Source: Eledone cirrhosa (Eukaryota). Taken from it: a DNA stretch of 64,000 nt. Made by a program: the position numbers and the translations under genes. Location of the stretch: positions 434,001 to 498,000 of the forward strand of contig OZ024758.1 in assembly GCA_964016885.1 (NCBI GenBank). The letters are read 5' to 3'. The notes below the pieces were generated by a model, which saw nothing but the letters and a program-made list of their open reading frames with translations, had not been told where the DNA came from and made no database searches. Shown here in pieces: positions 1 through 14,922 of this stretch. Each line of letters starts with the position of its first letter. Positions within the stretch are counted from its first letter, which is position 1.

Positions 1-136
1 AAGTAGCGAATATACTGTATGTTTAGAAATTTAATTACTGTATATATTCCAAATACTAATAAGAAATTACTGCTTTCCTATCTTTGGATATCCAAGTTAT
101 CAGAAACTATGAGATTAGTTTAATTAAGTTATAATT

Positions 137-275
137 GAGACATCACAGCTCCGATATTACGGACATGTGATTAGACAGTCTCAGGTAAGAATCGTTGGAC
201 AGGATTTACGGGCAAAACCAACCAGCAGAAGACCCAGGGATAGACACCGAGAAAAATGGTTGGACGAAATCTATG
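137..275 (+). mobile_element. Decayed 3' fragment of an RTE-type LINE
   Basis: Translates to ..SQLRYYGHVIRQSQVRIVGQDLRAKPTSRRPR.., a typical RTE C-terminal RLRW/YGHV..R..GRP segment. It is homologous to 30345-30480. Confidence 0.6.
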
Positions 276-911
276 TGCAAGCATACACACAGCCACACGT
301 GCACACAGCACACACATGTATGTATGGACCTATCTATATATCAATCTATCTATCTACCTTTATTCATTTCTACTTTTCTTTCTATTTTACTATTTCTTTA
401 TCATCTTCCACGAGTCTATCGCATCTTTTCACAAACTTGCGCAATAATCTCAGATCTCCACTCGTCAGATGTCAATTAACGTGATGAGATGGAGCAGTAT
501 CAAAGACATTTTTCCTCCCGCGGTAAACAGTAACAATAACAGTAACAGCAATACTTACAGAAAAAAAAATATAAAAAAGAAAAATAACAAAAAACAAACT
601 AGAAACAAAAGAAAAGTAACTGCAACTTCAACGCATGCATCACTACCAACAACAACTATAACACTACTGCGACAATAACAACAACAGCAGTAACAACAAC
701 AACAACAACAAGAACAACAAGAACAACAGCAGCAGTAACAATAACAACAACAACAACTGCAATAACCGCAACAAGATCAGCATTAACACCAGCACTACCA
801 ATACCACCACCACCACCACCACCACCAACAACAACAACTTAAACGGCTTTTTTAGCGCTAATTCCAATGTTAAAAACAACAACAATAACAGCAAGCAAAA
901 TGTCATCATCC

Positions 912-979
<68 letters not shown>

Positions 980-1806
980 GTCATAAATAAATCAGAACAA
1001 CTATAAACCTTCGGCACCAACACTAACACAAACACCGCAGCAATAACGACAATAACAATAGCAGCAGCAACAACAACAGCAACAACAGCAGCAACAACAG
1101 AAATAGCGGCAACAACAACAAAAACAACACGCAACCACATAACGAGTGGATCATCACGTAGAAATGTATAAGAGACATTGAGAATCGTCTACCCGTCATA
1201 TTTCGCTGTAGGTTAAAAACTGGGAAATAATCCATATGGCGGTAGTTAGTTTATTCCAGACTTCGTCTCTACCGAGAGAAGATGAGAAGCCTTTCGAGCT
1301 TACTAGCTTCCGGCAAAATCCTATGCCGTAATGTGATGTGGTTTAGAGGGCGGACAATACGAGCGAAATGATTGGATAGTGTGTCGTGTGACAAGATTTC
1401 TCCAAGTATGTCGGCCATTTTAACTCCAAGAAATAATAATAATAAAACAAAGAAAATACCTGAAGATTCTCGTGAAGATTCAGTTTCGTCGAAAGATGAT
1501 TTTTTTCTAGGTTTTTAAAGGAACTTTTAATTCTGGAGAAGGATACATTTGTATGCTTCGATCCCGTGTATTTCTGATTATTTCTATCTCGTCTGAAATA
1601 TGGTTTCAATTCCTATGATCTTCATTCAAATTTATTCATAAACCTTCTCATAAATCGCTGTTGGGAATGTATAACGACTAATTCAAACTCTTTAGTTCTT
1701 GCCAAGGAAATTATGGTTCCACGGGTGTTTCCAGGGCTGATACGACAAAGTTGTCACTTAATGATGGTGATGATGACTATGATGTTGCTGTTACTGATGA
1801 TGATGG

Positions 1807-1841
<35 letters not shown>

Positions 1842-2064
1842 TTATTAATGATAATCATAATGGTAGTGGTGATGATGATGATAAGGATGTTGATGATGAT
1901 TATGACGATGATCTTGTGGCTGATGATAATCACGATGATGAAGGCGATGATGGTGTTAGTGGTGGCGACGACAACGATGATAATGGCAACGTCAACCAAT
2001 ATCATGAGTAATCACAGTCACCTCAACTAAAACAGGTGTCATTCACCCCCCCTCCTCCTCCCCG

Positions 2065-2124
<60 letters not shown>

Positions 2125-2251
2125 CTTTCTTCTTCCATTCTTCATCTTAATATTTTTCTGTTTTTTTCTTTTCATTTCTTATTCTACAATTATTAATCTT
2201 CTTTACTCTTTGTTGCAAATCTTGTAATTGTTGATGTTGTTGAAGTTGTTA

Positions 2252-2310
<59 letters not shown>

Positions 2311-2575
2311 GTAGTAGTAGTAGTAGTTGTAGTTGTTGCTGTTGTTTCCGTCATATAACTTGTTCTGTTAGGTTATTACTGTAATTTTGTGATATTACTA
2401 TATTATTTTCCCTTGTTGTTGTTGTTAATCTCTTCTTCTTCTCTGCTAAGTCTTTTCATTAAAAGCACCACAGAGTAAAACCCCCGCCAAGCTGGTTTGA
2501 TTCGTTTCACTTGACAATTATCTTGACACCTACCTTTCTTAATTTGCTACTCTTACATTTTACATGAATAAATTC

Positions 2576-2715
<140 letters not shown>

Positions 2716-2724
2716 ATATGTATG

Positions 2725-2759
<35 letters not shown>

Positions 2760-2762
2760 GTA

Positions 2763-2925
<163 letters not shown>

Positions 2926-2950
2926 GTACATATATATATATATATATATG

Positions 2951-3029
<79 letters not shown>

Positions 3030-3046
3030 TTATATATATGTACATA

Positions 3047-3088
<42 letters not shown>

Positions 3089-3096
3089 CATACATA

Positions 3097-3705
3097 TGGT
3101 GGCTGCCAACTCGTTTTCGAGTACGGCCACTACTTTATATCCATGTAGGAGAACACCTACCGATGCGCTGAACGAGTGTGACTTTTCAGTCCAGCCAGCG
3201 ACTTGAAAACTCTGGTACAAACACTACACTTGTGACAATTACTGATACATAGTGCTGGGCCCATGGTACTATGTGATGACAAGTGCAGAGAGATCTCCAG
3301 ATATAAAACAATGCCTGTGCCGTGAAGCTTTTATCGTGCGCAAAGGCACTGCACAAAGCCAGTCCCACTCTCTTAACCAAAATGATATTTACCAAAAAGA
3401 AGAACAAGTCAACATCATTGGAAACCATCAGGGTTGCAGGTGTTATATCAGAGTTTTCCTTCTCCTAGAATTCTGCCTTGACAAAGGCTAAGGGGTCATC
3501 TCTCCCGGTGACTTTGGATGGCCATTGACTCTTAAGAGCTCCTTTGCCCTTTGACAGGTTTTGTTGATAGTCCTGCAGGATGTCCAAATCACCCTCCTCA
3601 CCAAGAAACCTTGGTGGGGTTGCCAGTTTAGTCGCCAACGACCCGACCATGGGACAGGTTGTACTGGGATACATGTTACCAGTAGCACCAACTGGTGACC
3701 TGGCA
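3097..3705. repeat. GC-richer insert between (TA)n tracts, probably a TE-derived (LINE UTR-like) segment
   Basis: Sharp compositional boundaries at (TA)n tracts on both sides; no convincing ORF. Confidence 0.3.
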
Positions 3706-3780
3706 TATGTACATATTCATATATATACATACATATATATATACATACATATATATGTATATATATATATATATATATAT

Positions 3781-3976
3781 AACGGAGGAAGTGTGGTAAG
3801 GAACCAGGTGGACCATAACGCACCAAAGTACTCAATACTTGAGGTAGTAGAGTGGGTAATAGGAACCAGTAAGACCCCGACAGCTGAGCTCAAGCCGTTT
3901 CGACGGCTAATTCTGGACTTAGTCCAGAATTAGCCGTCGAAACGGCTTGAGCTCAGCTGTCGGGGTCTTACTGGTT

Positions 3977-3981
<5 letters not shown>
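3781..3981. mobile_element. PLE terminal-repeat (pLTR) derivative, family A, as a fold-back insertion in (TA)n; contains the 3' half of a hammerhead
   Basis: Perfect 61-bp inverted arms at 3859-3919 and 3921-3981. Contains GAAAC-GGC..GCT-GTC (stem III plus GUC). Homologues lie at 10040, 52684 and 55747. Confidence 0.7.
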
Positions 3982-4067
<86 letters not shown>

Positions 4068-4073
<6 letters not shown>

Positions 4074-4274
4074 ATACTTTGGGAGGGTCATGTTGCCAAT
4101 AAGAAACACACGCACCAGTTGCTTTCACTTCAATTTATTATAATAAATTTATAAATTTATAAATTTCTGGTTGGTTGGTTGGTTCCACAACCAGATAGTT
4201 GTTTATATATTGTCATAGTTCTTTCGTCACACACGATTTCAGATAAAGAATCTTGCTAAACAAATTCAGAAACG

Positions 4275-4278
<4 letters not shown>
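4068..4278. mobile_element. PLE pLTR derivative, family B: inverted pLTR fragment plus forward terminal tail, in (TA)n
   Basis: Near-identical to parts of 41639-42165 and 22420-22575. Both ends abut (TA)n. Confidence 0.7.
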
Positions 4279-4333
<55 letters not shown>

Positions 4334-4626
4334 TGCATATACCTATATGTACATACACATATATATACATTCAAACACACACGCACACATATATATATAT
4401 GTATGTATATATATACATATATATTGGGAACATCCCCGGCCGAAGCATGAGTAATATTATTATTAGTAATAGTAGTAGTAGTAGTAGTAGTAGTATGCCT
4501 GTTGGTGGTATATTCTCAGTAACTTTCTTTCATGTTTGCCTGCGATATAATTTTTGGGATTTCTGAGAATTAATGTATATATACGAGTCTTTGATTGGTT
4601 TCGGATTTCTGAAGGATGAGATTAGG

Positions 4627-4698
<72 letters not shown>

Positions 4699-5623
4699 CA
4701 ACACACACACGCACACACACACATACACACACACACACATATATTTCCAGCTTTGTCCGAATGCACAAGGATGTCGTTCGTGCTTCTGTACTCCGATATT
4801 TTGCTATGGAGTTATTGCTGGAATCGATTATTTCTAGGTTTGACCAGGTTGAAAAGGTCTCAAAAGGTGAGAGCAAAGGGTTTGGTTGGCGAGATTTGTA
4901 GGTATTAAATCCATACGTCTCCTTAAGGTCGAACTCCTGTGTATCTCTACACATTTCCCCAACCGAACCCTTTGCTTTCGCCTTTTGAGACCGAGCTTTT
5001 GTGATTATTTCGAAGACCTTATAAATCATTAAACCTTTTAAGGGTTCTAGCTGCTCCGCACCTTCTCCAGTGGTGTTTGCACACGACAGAAAGGTTTCTA
5101 TCTTCATGTGTCGCCAAAATTATCATTTGCATAGTATTCCAGCCGTGGCCATCCTGCTTTTGTTTCTGACATATTGTATCCAGAATTTCTCCAATCACAT
5201 ATATGATTGGAGGGGGGGGGGGGTGTATTTCTAGCAGGTTAATAAACAGAGCAACGATCATTATGATGGTGTTGATGATGAGGATGATGATGATGAAGGG
5301 GATGATTATGTTAATGATGTTGATAATGAGGCTGATGATGATGAAGGAGATGATTATGTTAATGATGATGATGATGAGGTGGAAGAGAGTAGGGCGATGT
5401 CGACGGCGACGGCGCCGGCGACAGCAACTACGTACATTGTCAGTGTTTATGAGAAACTTTTGAATATTATAATGCTCTAAAAACACAATATTGATGGTGA
5501 TGATGATGATGGTGATGATGGTGATACTGCTGCTGCTGCCGACGATGATGATTATAATTTCATCAGCAACAACAACGGTGATAGTATCGTTGTTGGTTGT
5601 GGTAGTTGTTGGTGTATTAGTGG

Positions 5624-6808
5624 TGTATGTTGGTGGTAGAGACGGTGGTGTGTGTTGATGGCGGCGATGTTGTTATTGCTGGTAAGGTGTATGTTGGTGG
5701 TAGAGACGGCGGTGTATGTTGATGGCGGCGATGTTGTTATTGCTGGTAAGGTGTATGTTGGTGGTAGAGACGGCGGTGTGTGTTGATGGCGGCGATGATG
5801 TTATTGCTGGTAAGGTGTATGTTGGTGGTAGAGACGGCGGTGTGTGTTGATGGCGGCGATGATGTTATTGCTGGTAAGGTGTATGTTGGTGGTAGAGACG
5901 GCGGTGTGTGTTGATGGCGGCGATGATGTTATTGCTGGTAAGGTGTATGTTGGTGGTAGAGACGGTGGTGTGTGTTGATGGCGGCGATGATGTTATTGCT
6001 GGTAAGGTGTATGTTGGTGGTAGAGACGGTGGTGTGTGTTGATGGCGGCGATGATGTTATTGCTGGTAAGGTGTATGTTGGTGGTAGAGACGGCGGTGTG
6101 TGTTGATGGCGGCGATGATGTTATTGCTGGTAAGGTGTATGTTGGTGGTAGAGACGGTGGTGTATGTTGATGGCGGCGATGATGTTATTGCTGGTAAGGT
6201 GTATGTTGGTGGTAGAGACGGCGGTGTATGTTGATGGCGGCGATGATGTTATTGCTGGTAAGGTGTATGTTGGTGGTAGAGACGGCGGTGTATGTTGATG
6301 GCGGCGATGATGTTATTGCTGGTAAGGTGTATGTTGGTGGTAGAGACGGTGGTGTATGTTGATGGCGGCGATGATGTTATTGCTGGTAAGGTGTATGTTG
6401 GTGGTAGAGACGGTGGTGTATGTTGATGGCGGCGATGATGTTATTGCTGGTAAGGTGTATGTTGGTGGTAGAGACGGCGGTGTGTGTTGATGGCGGCGAT
6501 GTTGTTATTGCTGGTAAGGTGTATGTTGGTGGTAGAGACGGTGGTGTATGTTGATGGCGGCGATGATGTTATTGCTGGTAAGGTGTATGTTGGTGGTAGA
6601 GACGGCGGTGTGTGTTGATGGCGGCGATGTTGTTATTGCTGGTAAGGTGTATGTTGGTGGTAGAGACGGTGGTGTATGTTGATGGCGGCGATGATGTTAT
6701 TGCTGGTAAGGTGTATGTTGGTGGTAGAGACGGCGGTGTGTGTTGATGGCGGCGATGTTGTTATTGCTGGTAAGGTGTATGTTGGTGGTAGAGACGGCGG
6801 TGTATGTG
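5624..6808. repeat. 64-bp minisatellite, about 18.5 copies
   Basis: Unit TGTATGTTGGTGGTAGAGACGGYGGTGTRTGTTGATGGCGGCGATGWTGTTATTGCTGGTAAGG; starts at 5624 and 5688 give a period of 64. Confidence 0.95.
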
Positions 6809-7770
6809 ATTGTGATGGCGACGATGATGATGATGGTGGTAAGATTGCAGTAGATGCTGACGATAAAGGTGGATATGAAGACAAGGTTGACAAAAACTAC
6901 TAGGACGAGGAGGAGGAGGACGATAACGACGACGACGACGAAGATATTGATGATAATGATGAGGATGATGGTAATGGTGATGGTTATGTGCTGCTGCTGA
7001 TGATGATGATGGTGATGTTGGCGGTGATGACGATGATGATAATGATGATGATGATGGTGATGATGATGGTGATAGTGATGGTGATAGTGATGATGGTGAT
7101 GATGATGATGATGATGACTGTGGTGGTGAATGACGATGTAGACGAAACGGATATTGATAATGAAGTAGTAGCCATTCAATTAACTATCCAATTACGTTTT
7201 ATATACAGAGTCTGTCTGTCTGTCGGTTTACCTCTCTACCCACACACTAACTCTCTCTCCCTCTAACAATCTAGTTTCTCTCTGTCCCACTCTCTTATTC
7301 CTTTACTCTCTCTCTTCCTTATGTCAGTCTATGTGACTGTCTCGTTAGCCTTGTTATTAAATTGTAACTGCGTTAATGATATATACAGATGCACGCACAG
7401 TGAAAAGCTTGCTCAAGCATGTTTCTCACTAGTGCATTCGATATAATGACCAAAATCGACGAAGAAAATGAAGATTCAACGTTCTTCTTAGACCTTTAGT
7501 TAACGTTTTCAATACTCACTAGCTGGGTGCTTATAACTCCTTCATACTCCTTCCCCACCAACAATCTCATAAAAATATATACACCCTCATACATATACAT
7601 TCATATGTATGTATGTTTGTATGTATGTATGTTTGTTTGTATGTATGTGTATGTATGTATGTGTGTGTGTATGTATGTATAAATTCATATCTGTGTGTGT
7701 GTGTATATATATATATACGTATATACATACATACGTCTATATACACACACAAATATATATATACATACAC

Positions 7771-7872
<102 letters not shown>

Positions 7873-7911
7873 TGTAAAAAAGTAAATAGAAATAACAAAC
7901 CAAACGACGCA

Positions 7912-7965
<54 letters not shown>

Positions 7966-8589
7966 GAGAGGGTTGGCTTAAGAAGCGTTGGAAAATTGAA
8001 ATGTGTATGTCCCCATGCAAACGACCAAAACAATAATCGCTCGACATTTTAGAAATTTGCCCAAAGTACTCCTGGAAACTTAAAAATTTCTCAATAATTA
8101 TTGATAGTTGAGTATGAGTATGGTCATTTGCATTAGGACATACACATACACACGTATAACGACTGAAATATCCATTGATATGTTACTGCTCATACGTGTT
8201 ATTCCCCCACCGATCAGTAACATATCAATGAATCTTTACATCTTGTCTGAAGAGAACACGTATGGCAGTCGTTATACAACCCTCTTGAAGGGATATTTAT
8301 TCCCCCTTGAAGGGATATTTAAAAGGCGATAATGTTTTTTCTTCGTTTCTTAGTTGAACTAAAAGCATTAGAGATTTGTAACTTTACCCAGTTCAGGAAA
8401 GGAGGCAGGAATATTAATATTTTAGTTCACATCATGTTTTTAAAACACATTTCTCCATATTTGACACTTTTAATTTCAGAGTTTGAAAAGTTGTATTTTG
8501 TAAATACTCTAATATCACACACCAATGCATACGCACACACAAACACACACACGCATATATATATATATATATTGGCGTAGATAAATAGA

Positions 8590-8631
<42 letters not shown>

Positions 8632-9312
8632 TAGATAAATATATAGACAGACATACAGGTAGAGAGACAGATAGATAAATATAGATATAAACTAGCAAAC
8701 TTTTCAACATTCAAATATTATTCGAGAATTGATTAATATGTTATTTCTACCAGATTAGACGACCAGCCCAAATTTCAGACATACCCTCTTACGAAAGTGT
8801 GTCAGGTGTCTTATCTTATCTAACCAATCTGAATATAAATACCTGCTGTTTTTCCTTTATTCGGATAATATTAGATATATAAAGAATGAAGGAGACCGGA
8901 CAAAGCAACAATGGTTTTGTAATGGTTATAGCATTTAATTTCAATACAAAAGGCAAGACAGCATGTTTCAATTATTCTCTATTAGAAAGTCACCACTAAA
9001 GACAAATTAATAAATAAACATAGATTTTTCACCTGTTATCAGTATAAGGATCAGGTGTCGCCGTAGTTTGTGTAGTTAATATGAAGGCCCACAGAGAGCT
9101 TTAATATTAAAGGGGGAAGTAAAAGTTTTATTAGTAAGTGTACCTTTACACGAATTTTTGAAAGGTGCTACTTTAGCCAAAATAAATGATCACACAAACA
9201 CACACACACACATACACGCACACGCACACAAATACACACTAATATATATATATATGTGTGTGTGAGTGTGGTGTGTATGTGTGCGGGTATACGCACATAC
9301 TTACAGGCACTC

Positions 9313-9348
<36 letters not shown>

Positions 9349-9811
9349 GAGAGAGAGAGAAAGTAAAGTTTGTAACTATAACACATTTATTTCTGTATAC
9401 AAAATTTGTAAATGGGTGAATGAATTTGAAATATTCTATTTAATATTGATATATTTATTATATATATATATTTAATACCTTAAAAGAAGTGTATATATAA
9501 AAAGCAATTTAAAGAAAATGAAATAACGTATGCATATAAATTTATGTATATGCACATTCTATATACTTTTCCTAGGCATGGGTCCATATTTCTAGTAGTT
9601 GCATGTTAATGAATTATAAATACACATCAGATCGTCAACAACAGACATAGAGAAATTATGGGTGAGTATTACTGGTTTTATGCACGCTACTGTTGTCAAT
9701 ATAGAATCAGATGTTATCAAATGAAGCTGTAATGGTGTAGAAATAATGTTTTCTTTGTGTGTAGGTCTTTGATATTTTGATACACACACACGGACAGACA
9801 GACACACACAT

Positions 9812-9880
<69 letters not shown>

Positions 9881-10039
9881 TATACGCGCGCACGCACACA
9901 CACACATACACACACACACACACACCCACACATATATATATATATATACATATATATGGATACATAAATCTGAATATATACATATATATGGATACATAAA
10001 TCTGAATTTTAACAATTTAAACTATTATGACTTTTGTTC

Positions 10040-10198
10040 GGAAGTGTACTCCATACTTGAAATAGTAGAGTGTAAATATAGTAGAGAGTTAGAGCACGAC
10101 AGCTGAACTCTTGCGGTTTTGACAGCATATTACTGACTATCTGGAATTTGCAGCCAAAGCGCAAGTGCTCAGCCGTCGGGCCTTAACTGTTTACTATA
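10040..10198. mobile_element. Diverged family A pLTR fold-back copy
   Basis: GTACTCCATACTTGAAATAGTAGAGTG and CGACAGCTGAACTCTTGCGGTTTTGAC align to 3828-3905. It forms an imperfect hairpin ending at (TA)n. Confidence 0.55.
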
Positions 10199-10699
10199 TA
10201 TATATATATTATATTATTTAACAATGATAACAAACACCAGTTATTTTATATATTTCATTCATAATATGTAATACATTAGACTCTGTATCTGAAAGATTGA
10301 CTCAGCGAAACACAGAACCAATCTCTGGATCTCAGTGAACTACTTGCTAACGGATTACATTGAGTTCTAACTACGGTATAGACCCTACTGCGAAAGGTAG
10401 ACCACATTGAGTATATACATACATATATATATATATGTAGGGTTAGGGTTAGGTTTAGGGTTTCTTAATCTGGTTTGTTTGTATATCGGAAGTTAAGCAA
10501 ACGTTTTACAATGTGACGTTCTCAAATATTTGCCTGTAAATGTTGAAATTGTATTCCAGATAATTATCTTGCATTGAGAATTTTATTCTTTCAGTGCCGT
10601 TTATTCCTCCTATGAAGTTTATTCCGTCAAATAAATTTATTCCTTCATTGAAGTACTCAATATACCTATCTGTGCACTACTGACTAGTGAGCCTGTAAA

Positions 10700-11400
10700 G
10701 TGTATCACCATATAGTAATAACCTATGGTAATGCTGGCAAGTCAGGGATTTCTAGGAAATTTCTTAATCCCTGTACCTTTCAGTATGGACTGTTCAGTTG
10801 ATTTTCTATTTCACTTAAAATCTCCTTGTACATGTCGCTTTTCTCCACAAATAAGGCTGTACGGTGTCCAAAGATTGATATAATACCCGTCATATTTTCC
10901 AATGGGCAGAGAGGACTCTGAACGCTTATAAGATGTCAGCAGCTCAATTTTGGCCTTCTTTAGATCCAAGGTTGCAACTCCATAAAAGAGACGAAGTACA
11001 GGGGAAAAAAAGCCTCAATGACAGCACACACAAGTCTTTAGCGTTCTATTCACATCCACACTCAAACACAGCATTAATAAACATTCTCCAACTCCTTAGA
11101 TATTGGCACCACTTTAGTTTGATATTGGCTTAGTCATATCCCCAAAGTGACTTATGTATGTCGTTTGATTCTAATTTATGATTCTTCAATGTTCAATGGT
11201 GAAAAAGATCAAGAGGTCCGACACGTAGGAATGTTAGATATCACAAATGGTAATTTGTCATTCCATAAAAGTATTTTATCAATGTATTTAAGAACTCTCA
11301 AACTGATTTGACATTTCTGAGAAAAGGTTAACGATCTAACGGTATCAAGCACACTGCTGATGCTATACTCCTCCCATTTCAAACAGCTTACGTGATAGAA
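10700..11400 (-). mobile_element. Heavily decayed LINE RT C-terminal relic
   Basis: Minus-strand ..VLRLFYGVATLDLKKA.. resembles the LINE 'VLLYG.ETW.L' motif; the frame is broken. Confidence 0.3.
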
Positions 11401-12256
11401 AATTTATGCTAAATCCATATGTTAATGGGGCTATTTATTTTATAGTAATATTTTGTCGATAAAAAGAGCGATGGAATAGTAGAATTTATAGAGGGAAGAT
11501 CAAAACAAGTTTCGAGAATCAGTTAGGTTCTTATAAGTTGTGAGGTCAAACAGCAACTGTTATTCTTGTACCTTTTATCCCCCCGGTGTTGATTTAATCG
11601 ACTATAACATAGCCAGCCCTCTTCTAGATTTTATTATCTTAACTATTCTGAATATAAAAAAATTGAAGAAATAAAGAATTTGTAAAAATCCAAATCTACG
11701 GAATTTGTTTTGTTTAAATGATAGTCAGAGAAAAAAGGGAAGAGTATATGATCTTCGTAGGCACCAACAGACTTGTGAAGTTAACATGGTTGTTGTTTTG
11801 AATGATCATGTGGGAATGGATGCAGGAGGAAATGTGAGTGGAGGAGAAATTATAATGAAAAGTTAAAACTGAGAGTAAGTATTAGGAAGATAGTCTAAAG
11901 CAGTGTCCTTGAGATGAGACATGGTAAAAGAGTTGGGAAGAGGGCAAGAATGTGAAAGGAGCAGAGGCTATTGTGGAAATAATAATAGGACAAGAAGAAG
12001 TCGTGTGACTGTAAACTCGTGGGTTTTCTGTAATGTGGTATGAATCTTTACTAATTAGTCGAATATCCGATCTCTTTTCGATTCGGACTATGGCATTGGT
12101 GTGAAAACAGAAGCTCCGTTCTAAAGATCTTAGTCTGGATTGAGTTCACATCAATATAGCGAATATACCCCAGTTTAAAGACGAGGCTTTCATTTTCAAA
12201 ACTAAATGCAAAACATATAGATGTCATATCATATTATATATATATATAATATATAT

Positions 12257-12302
<46 letters not shown>

Positions 12303-12314
12303 ATACAATAACAG

Positions 12315-12346
<32 letters not shown>

Positions 12347-13106
12347 ATGAAAATTACAACTACTTCCCGTAGAAGAGAAAATATAAAACATGTTTTAAAA
12401 AGTACTTTTAAAAAACTTGAAATTCATAAATGAAAACAATGAAAAGGTAAAATCTCAAATAATATCCGAGATATGGTATTTCATAATCAGGGAAGGATTT
12501 TATGTTCACTATAATATAATATAATATAAAATAATGTAATATATATATATATATATATATATATAGATATATATATATATATAGAGAGAGAGAGAGGGTA
12601 GGAGCGATTTAGAGAAGGCGAGAGCGAGAGCGAGAGAGACCTGTCGTACATAGGTGCCAAGAACAGGTAAGGTCGTGTACTGACTTAACCTTGTGATCAA
12701 CAAAATGACCACAGGCTTTCATTATGAAAATGTTTATTAAACATGCTCTCTCAGCGGTTCTTCTGCAATGCTAGAGCTAAGCTTCATTAGGTTAAACTTA
12801 AGAGAGTTTGGGGTCTTTTCACACGATTGTTGAAATATTAAAGAACTCATTAAATATCTCCCTGAATTGTTTTCTTAAAATCGTGGAAATGGTAGCAGGT
12901 GATATTTAGACAGTGGAAAGGAATAGAAACTAAAGCATGATAGAAAAATAAGAATAGAAATAAAGAAGTAAGAAATAAATGAAACGAAAAAATATCTAAT
13001 TAGCACCATGCCTCGGGAATACGTCAATCTCTTATTTCTGTTACATACTTTCTTTCGGTTATGTTTTCCTCGTCTTTTCCTCCCTCTCTCTCTGCCTCTC
13101 TCTCTG

Positions 13107-13181
<75 letters not shown>

Positions 13182-13399
13182 ATCTCTCTCTTTCTCTCTC
13201 TCTCTCTCTCCCGCTCTCGCCTTCTCACTGTATGTAATATGTATATATATATATATATATATGTACATACACAAAAACACGCAAACACACACACAATATA
13301 TATATATACACATATCGATTGTGTGCTGGATCTCCATCATTTCCGATGACGAATGTTCAGCCTCGATCATTAGAACGGACATGCAAGTGTCTGAGCATT

Positions 13400-14026
13400 C
13401 CATAGAGACGTGTTTTTAACGTAGTTCTTCTTCCACCATATATCGAAGTTAAAACAGCTTTAAAACAAATAATATATAAATCGCCTGGTGACAATGCAAT
13501 ACCAGCTGTGGTGTATAGATATTGAGGTAATATATTTGTGAATAAGCCCTTGTATTTATTCATTTTGATTTGGAAGAATAGTCAGGTTCTCAGGAATTTA
13601 ATGACTAGTCTATTACCCATCTATTTAAATAAAAAGCCAAAAAAAAAAAAAAACTTCTTTGACAATCACCAGGCTATATCACTGCTATCTGTGGTGGGTA
13701 AGTTCCTTGCTCTGAAAAGAATAAAAAAAGCAACTGGTCGATCATATTTATTCCATCCCAGTATGGCTTCAGGGCTTGGAGAGGAAACATACACATGATA
13801 CATTGCTTGTGGCAGTTTACAGAGAATAACAATGCATATTTATATACTTTGACTGAACAAAGGCTTTTGATTCTGTCAGTTGCTTTGTGGTCAGTGTTAA
13901 AGAAGATTGTGATTTCCGTATAAGATGCTCAGCTTTATAATATCCTTCCATGAAAACATACAAGCTTCTATTAAGTCAAATAGCGCTTCATTAGATCCTT
14001 TACCTGGGGCAAACGGGGGTGCGTAA
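13400..14026 (+). mobile_element. Decayed RTE-type LINE RT fragment
   Basis: Frameshifted motifs EVKTALKQ..KSPGDNAIP, NHQAISLLSVVGK, KAFDSV, IISFHEN and G.KRGCV. Confidence 0.65.
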
Positions 14027-14049
14027 TATATATATATATATACTAATAT

Positions 14050-14539
<490 letters not shown>

Positions 14540-14739
14540 TGTGATTTTGAAAGAGATTTCCTTATTAACAAACTTAAATAGAGAGATATATATTAACAGA
14601 ACCTGAGAACATAGAGTAGAAGATTTCTCGTTTTGGATTCCTATCATGAATTTCATTCGTCTTTGCACATAGAATAAACTAATTAATAAATGTAATCTAC
14701 ATAAATTTATAATTGATTTGAATGATTTAATAACTGAAA

Positions 14740-14922
14740 TACGAAAATAGGCTGAAAAGTTCACAGGCTGACGATGAAGGAGTGGTGCATGCATTAATTT
14801 CAACTCTTCTTATTAATAACTGCATTGTTTCTTTTCGGGGTCTATGTTGAGAAATAAACCTCATTTGGACATTCCATGAGAATATCTTGTTTAGCTTACG
14901 AACATTTCAGTCGACTCTCGTA
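14740..14922. mobile_element. Mariner-like MITE, about 185 bp
   Basis: TA-flanked imperfect TIRs TACGA..GGCTGAAAAGTTCA / GAACATTTCAGTCGACTCTCGTA. Copies at 45180, 54911, 55533 and 62576. Confidence 0.7.

Noticed and set aside
5019-5215. Minus-strand peptide with YVIGE..VVCKH as a GIY-YIG fragment
   Set aside because: Motif spacing does not match and the similarity is too weak.
5624-6808. CRISPR-like regular repeat
   Set aside because: There are no unique spacers; it is a head-to-tail minisatellite in eukaryotic DNA.
10438-10463. About four TTAGGG-like units
   Set aside because: Too short and degenerate to indicate a telomere or fusion site.
11780-12100. Possible L2/CR1 3' relic on the minus strand
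   Set aside because: Too degenerate to support by eye.
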